Of a stretch of 28,015 bases of DNA, positions 1 to 8,268 are shown piece by piece. The DNA comes from Candidatus Hydrogenedentota bacterium (lineage in GTDB: Bacteria; Hydrogenedentota; Hydrogenedentia; Hydrogenedentales; SLHB01): positions 1 to 28,015 of the forward strand of contig JAWXCN010000097.1 in assembly GCA_034408725.1 (NCBI GenBank). The letters are read 5' to 3'. The notes beneath the pieces are model-generated. The model did no database searches and was not told where the DNA came from. It was given only the letters and a program-made list of their open reading frames with translations. Position numbers and translations under genes: made by a program. Numbering within the stretch: the first letter of the stretch is position 1; each line of letters opens with the position of its first letter.

Positions 1-34
1 GTATTCTAAGTTGTTTCACATCCTGTCCGCCTAT

Positions 35-60
35 AAAGACGCGCGAACGTCAGCGCGCGT
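35..60 (-). terminator. Possible intrinsic terminator
   Basis: ACGCGCG(39-45)/CGCGCGT(54-60) inverted repeat, followed by CTTT on the minus strand. Confidence 0.35.
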
Positions 61-229
61 TTGAATCGCTGCCATCACGGTTGCTGTGTTTGCTTCCTTT
101 CCGGGTCTTCTTGTCCTGTTCATAATCTCCTGGCTTGCGCCCGCCCCGTGCCCGGACTTCTTTGTTGGCATCTTTGGTGCGGGCAGGCGATTGACGGCCG
201 CTTTTACGTTGTGGTGGGGTTGTTGCCAT
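50..229 (-). CDS. Small basic hydrophilic protein, 59 aa (MATTPPQRKSGRQSPARTKDANKEVRARGGRKPGDYEQDKKTRKGSKHSNRDGSDSNAR)
   Basis: Translated by hand; falls below the 60-aa cutoff of the ORF track. AGGAG lies 8 nt before the ATG at 229, the TGA is at 50-52, and a hairpin covers the stop. Confidence 0.6.
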   Translation of the reverse strand: MATTPPQRKSGRQSPARTKDANKEVRARGGRKPGDYEQDKKTRKGSKHSNRDGSDSNAR

Positions 230-449
230 GATTCCAACTCCTGTTCTCTTATTTGCTCCAAAGTCGGTAGTATGGGAAAGGGTAGGCGGACCTTAAATCA
301 GATGGAGTCCCGATCGGTTGTAGGAATTCGGGCGTAACCTTTGTGCCCCTGTTCTGCTACCGGGCAACTTGCAATGGCCGCAACGCGGGCGCGCCATTAT
401 TTTTCCGTTATAATTGGCACGCCTGCCATCGGCGATCCTCGGAACCTAG

Positions 450-713
450 CTATTCGCAATCTGCCCGAAAAACGGGGTAAAACGCCAATCCTTGCACATC
501 ACGGACCCACTCAATCCACGATTTCTTTTGTGACCAACCATCGATATCACCATCACCGTTTGTGTCCGCCATACCGTGGGCGGGGTTCTGCTCAACGAAG
601 TTCACAAGATTTTGAAGGATCAGTTCCGCCCGTTTATCGCCATTGGTTACGCAAGGGGCCAAATGGTCTGCAATTTCGTTCGCGCTAACCAATGAGATAC
701 CATTGTTCGACAT
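450..713 (-). CDS. Hypothetical protein, 87 aa; apparent paralog of 771..1016
   Basis: GGGAGG RBS before the ATG; shares motifs with the neighbouring ORF. Confidence 0.7.
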   Translation of the reverse strand: MSNNGISLVSANEIADHLAPCVTNGDKRAELILQNLVNFVEQNPAHGMADTNGDGDIDGWSQKKSWIEWVRDVQGLAFYPVFRADCE

Positions 714-770
714 CGCAAACCCTCCCTATCAATACCTGGCAGTCCCGTGACGCAGCAGGAACTGTGGTTG

Positions 771-1016
771 CTACAGCTGGTGCTCTTCGACGTTCTGCGA
801 AGGAAAGAACCCAGAATATTGGTGCAATCCCTTCACATTTGCCAACCAGTAATACAAGGGACACTGCTTACGATAATCCCGAAATACGAAAGCGTGCTTG
901 TCGCTTTGTATCAGGTTCCGAAGGCTTTCACTAACTTCCTGAGCCTTCCGATCTCCTTTCTCAATTTCAGTTTCTAAGATGCTGATGACATCGTAGGCGC
1001 TTGCTGTCTCATTCAT
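771..1016 (-). CDS. Hypothetical protein, 81 aa (start MNETASAY); apparent paralog of 450..713
   Basis: AAGGA RBS upstream of the ATG at 1016; the ORF-track start at 1064 is probably too long. Confidence 0.65.
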   Translation of the reverse strand: MNETASAYDVISILETEIEKGDRKAQEVSESLRNLIQSDKHAFVFRDYRKQCPLYYWLANVKGLHQYSGFFPSQNVEEHQL

Positions 1017-1180
1017 GAGAAGTTCCTTCATACCCGAAATAGCCGCATACCATAAAGGCAACAATTTAAGGATTTCGCGAATTCCTGATCTCGCAATATC
1101 GGAGCGCGTCCTACAAGCTCGCGGGGGTTCTACGACGAACGGGCCAAGGACCGGCAGAAGTTAGCGGTAGGGCGCAGCCA

Positions 1181-1210
1181 AAAAGGTAGGGCCAAATCAC
1201 CTTACCTTTT
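1181..1210. promoter_or_regulatory. Inverted repeat (operator or terminator-like) upstream of the nuclease gene
   Basis: AAAAGGTAGGG(1181-1191) / CCTTACCTTTT(1200-1210). Confidence 0.35.
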
Positions 1211-1226
1211 GTCGGAGTCTGACACC

Positions 1227-1256
1227 TTGTCACACCACCCTGTCATCCTGTAATAT
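1227..1256 (+). promoter_or_regulatory. Putative sigma70 promoter for 1295..2107
   Basis: TTGTCA-N18-TAATAT; GAGGGGG RBS at about 1281. Confidence 0.4.
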
Positions 1257-1294
1257 AAAACACCTTAAAGTAATCGACCAGAGGGGGAATACGG

Positions 1295-2107
1295 ATGGCA
1301 ATTCCGGGCAAAGTGCTCAACCGATTAACCACCAGCCTGAAACGATTTCAGGGCGTCATCACGTCTGCAAAATCGCGAGACGTAGGCGAATCAGACACAG
1401 TCACGATAGTTGTCGATATGTTGGCGGAAATTTTTGGCTACGATAAGTATTCCGAGATAACGTCTGAATATGTTATTCGCGGGACGTATTGCGATCTCGC
1501 CACAAAGGTTGACGGAGAGCTTCAATCCCTGCTTGAAGTAAAGGCAATCGGTATCGATCTGAAGGATTCGCACGTCAAGCAAGCCGTTGATTATGCCGCA
1601 AATCAGGGCGTTGATTGGGTCGTGTTGACGAACGGCATGTATTGGCGATTCTATAAAATCACCTTTACCAAACCCATTGCCCACGAACTCGTGATCGAAT
1701 TAAATATCTGCGCGCTCAATCCCAAAAGCACCAAAGATGTCGAAGGCCTTTTTCTCTTCTGCAAAGAAGGCTGGGCAAAATCCGTTCTCAGTGAATATCA
1801 CAGCCAGAAACAAGCGTTAAGCAGATTTTTCCTCGGCGCCATGATGCTTACCGAGCCGATACTTGAAGTCGTGCGGCGTGAGCTTCGCCGGGTGTCGCCA
1901 GATGTCCGGATCGATATAGAAGAAATCAAAGCAGTTTTGATAAACGAAGTGATAAAGCGCGAAGTCATGGAAGGCGAAAAAGCCGGAGAGGCGCGCAAAC
2001 GAATTGGGCGAACCGCGAATAAACTCCTTAGAAAGGCCAAGGGGGACGACTCGAAGGACTGCATCGGGGCCACCAGCCTTCAGATTGCGGACGCGGAAGC
2101 CGACTAA
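1295..2107 (+). CDS. Type I restriction enzyme HsdR N-terminal-domain (PD-(D/E)xK) protein, stand-alone
   Basis: Motifs ESDT..FGYD..E..CD..LLEVK, QAVDYA and VVLTNG..W are typical of HSDR_N domains; there is no helicase domain; strong RBS. Confidence 0.85.
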   Translation: MAIPGKVLNRLTTSLKRFQGVITSAKSRDVGESDTVTIVVDMLAEIFGYDKYSEITSEYVIRGTYCDLATKVDGELQSLLEVKAIGIDLKDSHVKQAVDYAANQGVDWVVLTNGMYWRFYKITFTKPIAHELVIELNICALNPKSTKDVEGLFLFCKEGWAKSVLSEYHSQKQALSRFFLGAMMLTEPILEVVRRELRRVSPDVRIDIEEIKAVLINEVIKREVMEGEKAGEARKRIGRTANKLLRKAKGDDSKDCIGATSLQIADAEAD

Positions 2108-2115
2108 AACAAATC

Positions 2116-2145
2116 TTGACGTTTTGGGCTAACCTGCTATAGGAT
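2116..2145 (+). promoter_or_regulatory. Putative sigma70 promoter
   Basis: TTGACG(2116-2121)-N18-TAGGAT(2140-2145). Confidence 0.45.
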
Positions 2146-2295
2146 GATCTCAGTTTAATTAAGCGCGAGCCGCCGACGCTATCAACGTCAACGGCCCGCT
2201 AAACCGGAAAGCATGGTTAGCATGCCAACGGCCTGGGGTTATGTTACCCCATCCCGCCCATGATCGCCATGCTCCCACAGAGGGAGTATCAGACG

Positions 2296-2508
2296 ATGAC
2301 GACCCAACCATTCCGCCTACCAGAGCACTACACCTGCAAGGAAATTCACCCGGACCTTGTAGCGTTCCACAACCCCGACACGAAGCTAACCGCGTTCCGT
2401 GGCCGCATGGTCTGTCTGTTGAGATGGACGGCACCGACACATGGATACCATGCGACCAAGGCAGCACGGAGAACGAATGTCAACGCTGCGGCGGATACCC
2501 TTCACTGA
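2296..2508 (+). CDS. Small hypothetical protein (start 2296 or 2260); possibly frameshifted into the frame ending at 2594
   Basis: AGGGAG RBS at 2281-2286 before ATG 2296; no recognisable family. Confidence 0.4.
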   Translation: MTTQPFRLPEHYTCKEIHPDLVAFHNPDTKLTAFRGRMVCLLRWTAPTHGYHATKAARRTNVNAAADTLH

Positions 2509-2586
2509 CACAAATAGTTGCTGCCCAACCACACTGGACGGAACCACTTTTCCACACCTTTGACAAGGCACAGAAATGCTCTTCTC

Positions 2587-2605
2587 ACGGGTAACATACG
2601 GGTAA
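2587..2605. repeat. Tandem ACGGGTAA direct repeats (candidate integrase arm-type sites)
   Basis: Copies at 2587-2594 and 2598-2605 (11-bp period), about 70 bp from the tRNA 3' end. Confidence 0.4.
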
Positions 2606-2675
2606 GATTATATCTGTAATGCAGTACAGCGAGCACACCGGTCTTCGTTAAGACCTTGGCGTTTATAGATTTGAA

Positions 2676-2752
2676 TGGCGGGGACGACCGGACTCGAACC
2701 GGCGACCTCTGCCGTGACAGGGCAGCGTTCTAACCAACTGAACTACGCCCCC
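2676..2752 (-). tRNA. tRNA-Asp (GTC)
   Basis: GGGGGCGTAGTTCAGTTGGTTAGAACGCTGCCCTGTCACGGCAGAGGTCGCCGGTTCGAGTCCGGTCGTCCCCGCCA: 77-nt cloverleaf, GTC anticodon, TTCGA T-loop, encoded CCA. Confidence 0.98.
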
Positions 2753-2788
2753 GCTGGGGCGCTACGAAGTGCTTCGTAGCAGGTGAAA

Positions 2789-2818
2789 AGGTTAGCATGG
2801 GCAAATTGTGCATGTCAA
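2789..2818 (-). promoter_or_regulatory. Sigma70 promoter of tRNA-Asp
   Basis: TTGACA(2818-2813)-N18-TAACCT with a TGn extension; a perfect 9-bp inverted repeat GCTACGAAG/CTTCGTAGC (2761-2780) lies in the leader. Confidence 0.65.
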
Positions 2819-2913
2819 ACGCGCGACGCTTAAGAACGGGAGTAACTATCCCACTGTGAGGACGAACGAGGCGATAATTCTTCGCGTGCGCACCATCCTT
2901 TATTTGTCACCCG

Positions 2914-5439
2914 TTATTTCACGACGAACCCGGCGAGTTTCCCGGGTACGTAAATCTCTTTCACGATCTGTTTTCCATCCAATTGGGCAGCCACGCGCGG
3001 TTCGGCCTTTGCCGCGGCGATGATGGCTTCCTTCTCCGCGCCAGCATCGACCGTCACAACGCCGCGCAGTTTTCCATTCACCTGCACGGGAATCTCGATC
3101 GTGGTTTCGACGAGCAGGGATTCGTCGTACGTGGGCCAAGGTTCGAAAGCAATGGACGTGGTGTGGCCAAGGCGTTCCCAAAGTTCTTCGCAAAGGTGCG
3201 GCGCGAAGGGGGAGAGGATGCGCACAAACTGTTCGATGTCGGTGTGGGAGATGGATTCGGCTTTCGATGCCGCGTTGAGATACTCCATCATGCGCGAAAT
3301 TGCCGTGTTAAATTGGAGATGGTCTACATCGATCGAAACAGTCTTGATGGTTTGGTGCAGGGCCTTGGTTGTCGCCGCGTCGCCCGCGCTCGAGGATATG
3401 CGCGTCTGAACGGTTCCGTCTTCCGCGATGATCAGCGCCCACACGCGGCGAATAAACCGGTTGATGCCGTGCAAGCCTTCTTCCGTCCACGGTTTGTCGC
3501 GGTCGAGCGGGCCCATGAACATTTCATAGAGGCGTAGTGAATCCGCGCCTTGTTCGTCCACAACCTTGTCGGGGTTCACGACGTTGTAACGCGACTTGCT
3601 CATTTTTTCGACCTGAGTCTGCACCGGTGCCCCGGTGCCTTTCACCGCCCATGCATCACCGCGTTTCTCGACCTGTTCGGGGTAGTAATATTTTCCGCTA
3701 TCATCTCGGTACGAGTACGCCTGTATCTTTCCAGGATTGAACAGGCGCAGGAATGGTTCTTTTGTCGAGACATAGCCGGCGTCGTACAGCACCTTGTGCC
3801 AGAAGCGCGAGTAGAGCAGATGGAGCACCGCGTGTTCCGTCCCGCCAACGTAGAGATCGACAGGCATCCAATAGCGTTCGGACTCCGTTGACCACGCCTC
3901 GTTTGCATTGCGCGCATCAACAAACCGCAGGTAGTACCAGCACGACCCCGCCCATTGCGGCATAGTGTTCGTTTCGCGGACAGCGGATTTGCCCGTTTCC
4001 GGATCGGTGGTGTGCAACCACAGCGTTGCGCGCGCGAGCGGGGGCTGGCCGTCTGCGGTCGGCTTGTACTCGTCGAGCTCAGGAAGCGTGACGGGTAGAT
4101 CCCTCATGGGCACGGCGCGTTGCGTGCCGTCTTCAAGCGTGATGATAGGGATCGGTTCGCCCCAATAGCGTTGACGCGAGAACAACCAATCGCGCAGACG
4201 ATAATTCACCGTGGCCTTGCCGAGTCCACGTTCCTCAAGCCAATCGGAGATTTTCTTTTTCGCGTCCGGCACGGCGAGACCATTGATAAGGCCGGAATTC
4301 ACCAGCACGCCGTCGCCGGTATAGGCCTCTTCCGAGATGTTGCCGCCGCTGACCACTTCGATAATCGGCAGTCCAAATTTAGTAGCGAATTCAAAATCGC
4401 GCGTGTCGTGCGCGGGCACGGCCATGATCGCGCCGTAGCCATATTCCGCGAGGACGTAGTCCGCCGTCCAGATGGGCACGCGCTCGTCGTTCACGGGATT
4501 GATCGCATACGCGCCAGTGAACACGCCTGTCTTCTCGCGCTCGGCGGCCATGCGGTCCTGCGCGCTGCGTTTGGACGCCGCTTCCATGTATTCGTTCACC
4601 GCGACGCGTTGCGAAGGCGCAGTAATGGTCTTCGTCAGCGGATGCTCCGGCGCGAGCACGCAATATGTCGCGCCGAACAATGTGTCCGGGCGCGTCGTGA
4701 ACACCATGAACGAAAGGTCCGAATCCGCAACCTTGAACGTCACGTCCGCGCCTTCGCTTTTGCCGATCCATTCGCGCTGCATCGTCTTGACGTTTTCCGG
4801 CCAATCGAGACCGTCGAGATCGTCGAGCAATCGTTCCGCATAGGCGGTGATCTTCAGCATCCATTGCCGCATCATCCGCTTCTCGACGGGGTCGCCCGTT
4901 TCAACGTATTTACCGTCTTTCACTTCTTCGTTGGCGAGGACCGTGCCGACAGCCGGACACCAGTTCACGGGCGCTTCGGTCTGGTAAGCCAAGCCGGCGT
5001 GATACAGCACTTCAAAAATCCATTGCGTCCATTTGTAATAACCGGGATCAGTAGTGTCGATTTCACGGTCCCAGTCGTAAGACAGGCCAAGCAACTGCAA
5101 CTGCCTGCGGAACGTGTCACAGTTGCGTCGCGTGATGATCGCGGGATGCTCACCCGTGCGCATAGCGTGGCGTTCCGCGGGCAGGCCAAAGGCATCCCAC
5201 CCCATCGGATGCAGAACGTTGAAGCCTTTCATCCGCTTGACCCGGGCAATGATGTCCGTGGCGACGTAGCCGAGCGGATGGCCCACGTGCAGACCGTCGC
5301 CGCTCGGATAGGGGAACATATCGAGAATGTAATACTTCGGCTTTTTAGGATCGATTTCGGATTTGAACGTCTTCTGCTCGGCCCAAAACCCCTGCCATTT
5401 TTTCTCGATCACCTTATGATCGTACAAACCGCTCGCCAT
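2914..5439 (-). CDS. leuS: Leucine--tRNA ligase
   Basis: MFPYPSG-LHVGH (HIGH motif), GWDAFGLPAE, FTTRPDT editing domain, SRQRYWG, KMSKS, VQVNGK; 841 aa. Confidence 0.99.
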   Translation of the reverse strand: MASGLYDHKVIEKKWQGFWAEQKTFKSEIDPKKPKYYILDMFPYPSGDGLHVGHPLGYVATDIIARVKRMKGFNVLHPMGWDAFGLPAERHAMRTGEHPAIITRRNCDTFRRQLQLLGLSYDWDREIDTTDPGYYKWTQWIFEVLYHAGLAYQTEAPVNWCPAVGTVLANEEVKDGKYVETGDPVEKRMMRQWMLKITAYAERLLDDLDGLDWPENVKTMQREWIGKSEGADVTFKVADSDLSFMVFTTRPDTLFGATYCVLAPEHPLTKTITAPSQRVAVNEYMEAASKRSAQDRMAAEREKTGVFTGAYAINPVNDERVPIWTADYVLAEYGYGAIMAVPAHDTRDFEFATKFGLPIIEVVSGGNISEEAYTGDGVLVNSGLINGLAVPDAKKKISDWLEERGLGKATVNYRLRDWLFSRQRYWGEPIPIITLEDGTQRAVPMRDLPVTLPELDEYKPTADGQPPLARATLWLHTTDPETGKSAVRETNTMPQWAGSCWYYLRFVDARNANEAWSTESERYWMPVDLYVGGTEHAVLHLLYSRFWHKVLYDAGYVSTKEPFLRLFNPGKIQAYSYRDDSGKYYYPEQVEKRGDAWAVKGTGAPVQTQVEKMSKSRYNVVNPDKVVDEQGADSLRLYEMFMGPLDRDKPWTEEGLHGINRFIRRVWALIIAEDGTVQTRISSSAGDAATTKALHQTIKTVSIDVDHLQFNTAISRMMEYLNAASKAESISHTDIEQFVRILSPFAPHLCEELWERLGHTTSIAFEPWPTYDESLLVETTIEIPVQVNGKLRGVVTVDAGAEKEAIIAAAKAEPRVAAQLDGKQIVKEIYVPGKLAGFVVK

Positions 5440-5509
5440 GAAAGAGACTGCCTCCGTTGTGACATTTCAAAATTGCTGCCACTGTCGTCTTTTGGGAAAA
5501 TAAGCGGAA

Positions 5510-5537
5510 ATCATAGCACGTAGCGCGGGCGAGTCAG
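5510..5537 (-). promoter_or_regulatory. Putative leuS promoter
   Basis: CTGACT-N16-TATGAT with a TGn extended -10 on the minus strand. Confidence 0.5.
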
Positions 5538-5795
5538 GAATTTTCCGCGGACGCGCGTAGTCCCCGTTCCACACTTCTGCGCTGACGACGGTGCGTTCAA
5601 CATCGCGAATCGCGGCCAGGATGTGAGTGCCCTCCATGGGACAGGAATGAATTCGCGCGTGGCACAGATGGCCGCTGCGATCATGGAGGGGTTGTTGAGA
5701 TCGATTTAGAGAAATTGGGTGCGTCACCGCGCGAAGCGGATATAACTTCGGATCGGCTTCAGCCAGAGCATTTCAATTCCGTCCAACTATCAGCG

Positions 5796-8156
5796 TTAAG
5801 AATGTGCATTTAACCACGCCCGCCAGTTCGCAATCGCTTCCGCTTGGTTGCGCGGAGATTTGTCTGGGTCAAAATCAAATTTCTGGCGAGTGATTTGGCG
5901 TAGAAGTCGGTCCGCATCACGCCGCAGCCTGGGATTTTCATGGTCCAGGTTATCGGCGAGCGCAGGTAGAATCATAGACTTGTTCGCATTCACAAATCCC
6001 TCATAGGAAACCACGTCATGGTCGCCCTCGCCGAAACCTTGTTTGAGCCGATTGAGCAAAACAGCGTCCAAGCGGGGATTTTCCAGGTAGCGTGTAGCGT
6101 GGTGAAAATCGCCCGAAATATCGACGCGCCACCGCGCTGCGATTTCTTCGTTTTCGAGTTCGCGATGTTGCTCGAACAAAACAACAAGTTCGCTGCCTGT
6201 GTCGTCTCCGAGCGCATACAGACCCATGGCAGCAGCTATTCGAGCGCCGATATCGCCGTCGCGGTAAATCTCACGTAGCCGTGGCACGGCATTCGATCCG
6301 CCAGCCCGGGCTAGCGCTAGAATCGCACATTTTTCCAGGCTGCGAACTTCGAAGTCGTACGGATCTTTATTTTCGGCTTCAGCGGCCGCAATTAGAATTT
6401 CCCGATAACCTTCAATCAACGTCTGTTGGGTGAAGGGTAGAATGATAGGCTCCAATTCCGGGTCTTCGAGTTTACCGAGAAATAGAACGATGCCCGTCTG
6501 TTTTGTAATGGCATCGTATATACCACGCCAGTCGCCCGAGGTCGGACGGAGAGTAAGTTGGCCCATCGCGATCTTTCGCGCAAGCTCCTCATCGCCGCAT
6601 GCAGTAAGCGCTTCGAGTACGTATCCGTTCTGGTTGGTTTGAACCAAAACACGCAATTGTGGCAGAAACACCGGGTCAGGAAACGTTCGCGTCGTCATCT
6701 CCGAGAACGCATTCTCCATGCTGTCGTTTCTATCCTTCAGGTGTTCCGGGGGAATCGAAGCGAGTTTGGGAATCCATTCGGAATCGGTCTTAGATATGCT
6801 TCTGAACAGCATTGAAAGAATGCCAAAATCGCCGGATTCATACTGACTCAGCATCTGCCGAATATGCTCGGAACGAGGCATGGCCTTGCTGGAGTACAAC
6901 GTGAGATTTGTCCTGGCATATTCAAGAGTTTTCTGACGTGATTCTTCCCTCCGAACTCCCAGATTGAACGAGTCCGGATTCGCAACAAGTTCGTCGAGGT
7001 AGGTCTTGATTTCAGGTTGGCCGCGCATTGCCATAGCGCGCCACACTCCTGCCAGTGAACCGCTATCTGCGATTGTGAAATCGGCAGGACGCCCCAACAT
7101 CTCAATTAAAAGCGCGTCAATATCGCCGCCGGGAGACTCCGCAATTATTGATAAGACGATGTGATCGGCTTCAATCGGGGTCCGCGATTTCTGTTCGCGA
7201 TTATCTCCCGCCGTCCACGTGAATTGCTTCCCAATCAACCGGCGGAGATGATCGGTGCGTGTATCGCCTCCGCGCGCGCAAATTAAATTGATGAGCATCC
7301 CGGGGACGCCATGATCATCGAAGACACTATACTGACTGCCAAGGTCACGCTCATAAAATTCGATTAGTCTTGAGGTGGAAACCGAATCCCCGATGCGCTC
7401 CAAAAGGTTGAAAGTAATAGGCAAGCTGCGTTGGAAGACCATAATGGCGTCGTAAGGTTCCGCCTGGTCGGCTATCCCAACCTGAAAATTCGCATACTGT
7501 TCTTCGCACGCCGCGATTAAAATTTCCGGAGTGGGGGATTGCTCCGGAAATGCATCAAGCACAACCTGGGCCGCGGAAAACTCCGCCAAAGTGCCGTCTT
7601 TTAATCGGCTAAGCCATTTGTCTTGCGGGCCTTTGTCAACACCGGAAGAAGACTCCGGCCCAAGCCGAAGCGTTGAAACCAAGTCCCATGCTAGTTGCGG
7701 GGGGACATTTCGTATATTGCCGCCCACTGAAGGAAAAAGACCTGTCTTTGGATCAGGTTGATACCAGCCGAAGAAACCGACGGACCCCAGGCTTTTGTAC
7801 GTTCCGTCATCCTGCCGTATCAGCGCTGCGATACATTCCTCATTCACTTTCACCCGCTGAAGTCGCTCCGGCGTTGATGACCAGTGGACAGTTATCCGGG
7901 TTTCTTCGATATGCGGTATAGCGTCTACCAGTTCAATGACAATTTTTACTTCAGTGTCGCCTTGAGAATTAAACCTATGCCGTTCGTCCTCGCTCAGCGG
8001 GTTGATCTCGATGGAGACAATCCGCCCGCGCACCCAGAAATCAGTTTGCTCTGTGATTTCTGCCAGCGGAATGTCTTTGACACTTGAGCCCTCTGTGACG
8101 AATGGAACAGAGAATATTGCAATTACTTGAAGCACTATTAGGAGTCGCGACGACAT
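5796..8156 (-). CDS. Exported HEAT/ARM-like repeat protein, about 786 aa
   Basis: GGAGG RBS before the ATG at 8156 (MSSRLLIVLQVIAIFSVPFV, signal-peptide-like); HEAT-like C-terminus (AILALARAGG..ARIAAAMGLYALGD, LRRDADRLLRQIT). Confidence 0.75.
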   Translation of the reverse strand: MSSRLLIVLQVIAIFSVPFVTEGSSVKDIPLAEITEQTDFWVRGRIVSIEINPLSEDERHRFNSQGDTEVKIVIELVDAIPHIEETRITVHWSSTPERLQRVKVNEECIAALIRQDDGTYKSLGSVGFFGWYQPDPKTGLFPSVGGNIRNVPPQLAWDLVSTLRLGPESSSGVDKGPQDKWLSRLKDGTLAEFSAAQVVLDAFPEQSPTPEILIAACEEQYANFQVGIADQAEPYDAIMVFQRSLPITFNLLERIGDSVSTSRLIEFYERDLGSQYSVFDDHGVPGMLINLICARGGDTRTDHLRRLIGKQFTWTAGDNREQKSRTPIEADHIVLSIIAESPGGDIDALLIEMLGRPADFTIADSGSLAGVWRAMAMRGQPEIKTYLDELVANPDSFNLGVRREESRQKTLEYARTNLTLYSSKAMPRSEHIRQMLSQYESGDFGILSMLFRSISKTDSEWIPKLASIPPEHLKDRNDSMENAFSEMTTRTFPDPVFLPQLRVLVQTNQNGYVLEALTACGDEELARKIAMGQLTLRPTSGDWRGIYDAITKQTGIVLFLGKLEDPELEPIILPFTQQTLIEGYREILIAAAEAENKDPYDFEVRSLEKCAILALARAGGSNAVPRLREIYRDGDIGARIAAAMGLYALGDDTGSELVVLFEQHRELENEEIAARWRVDISGDFHHATRYLENPRLDAVLLNRLKQGFGEGDHDVVSYEGFVNANKSMILPALADNLDHENPRLRRDADRLLRQITRQKFDFDPDKSPRNQAEAIANWRAWLNAHS

Positions 8157-8268
8157 CTTCGTTCCTCCACCAATTACATGTGGGAGATCCCACGTAGTGC
8201 GATGTGTACATGGATTGTACGGGGGATTAATCTCCTCGACAAGAAAGTGATGGCACGTAAGCAACGAC

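Noticed and set aside
31-337. ORFs 31..261 (-) and 86..337 (+)
   Set aside because: No good RBS; the overlapping 50..229 frame has a clear AGGAG-ATG and a hairpin at its stop.
2637-2649. 13-bp match ACCGGTCTTCGTT also found at 22751-22763
   Set aside because: The second copy is inside brnT coding sequence and the pair would enclose leuS; probably chance rather than att sites.
4120-5523. 467-aa plus-strand ORF
   Set aside because: Antisense shadow of leuS, expected from GC-rich codon bias.
5467-5727. 86-aa ORF and a 9-bp inverted repeat (5630-5638/5682-5690) upstream of leuS; considered as a T-box or attenuator
   Set aside because: No T-box motif or Leu-rich leader peptide; it lies upstream of the likely leuS promoter. 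At most a gene remnant.
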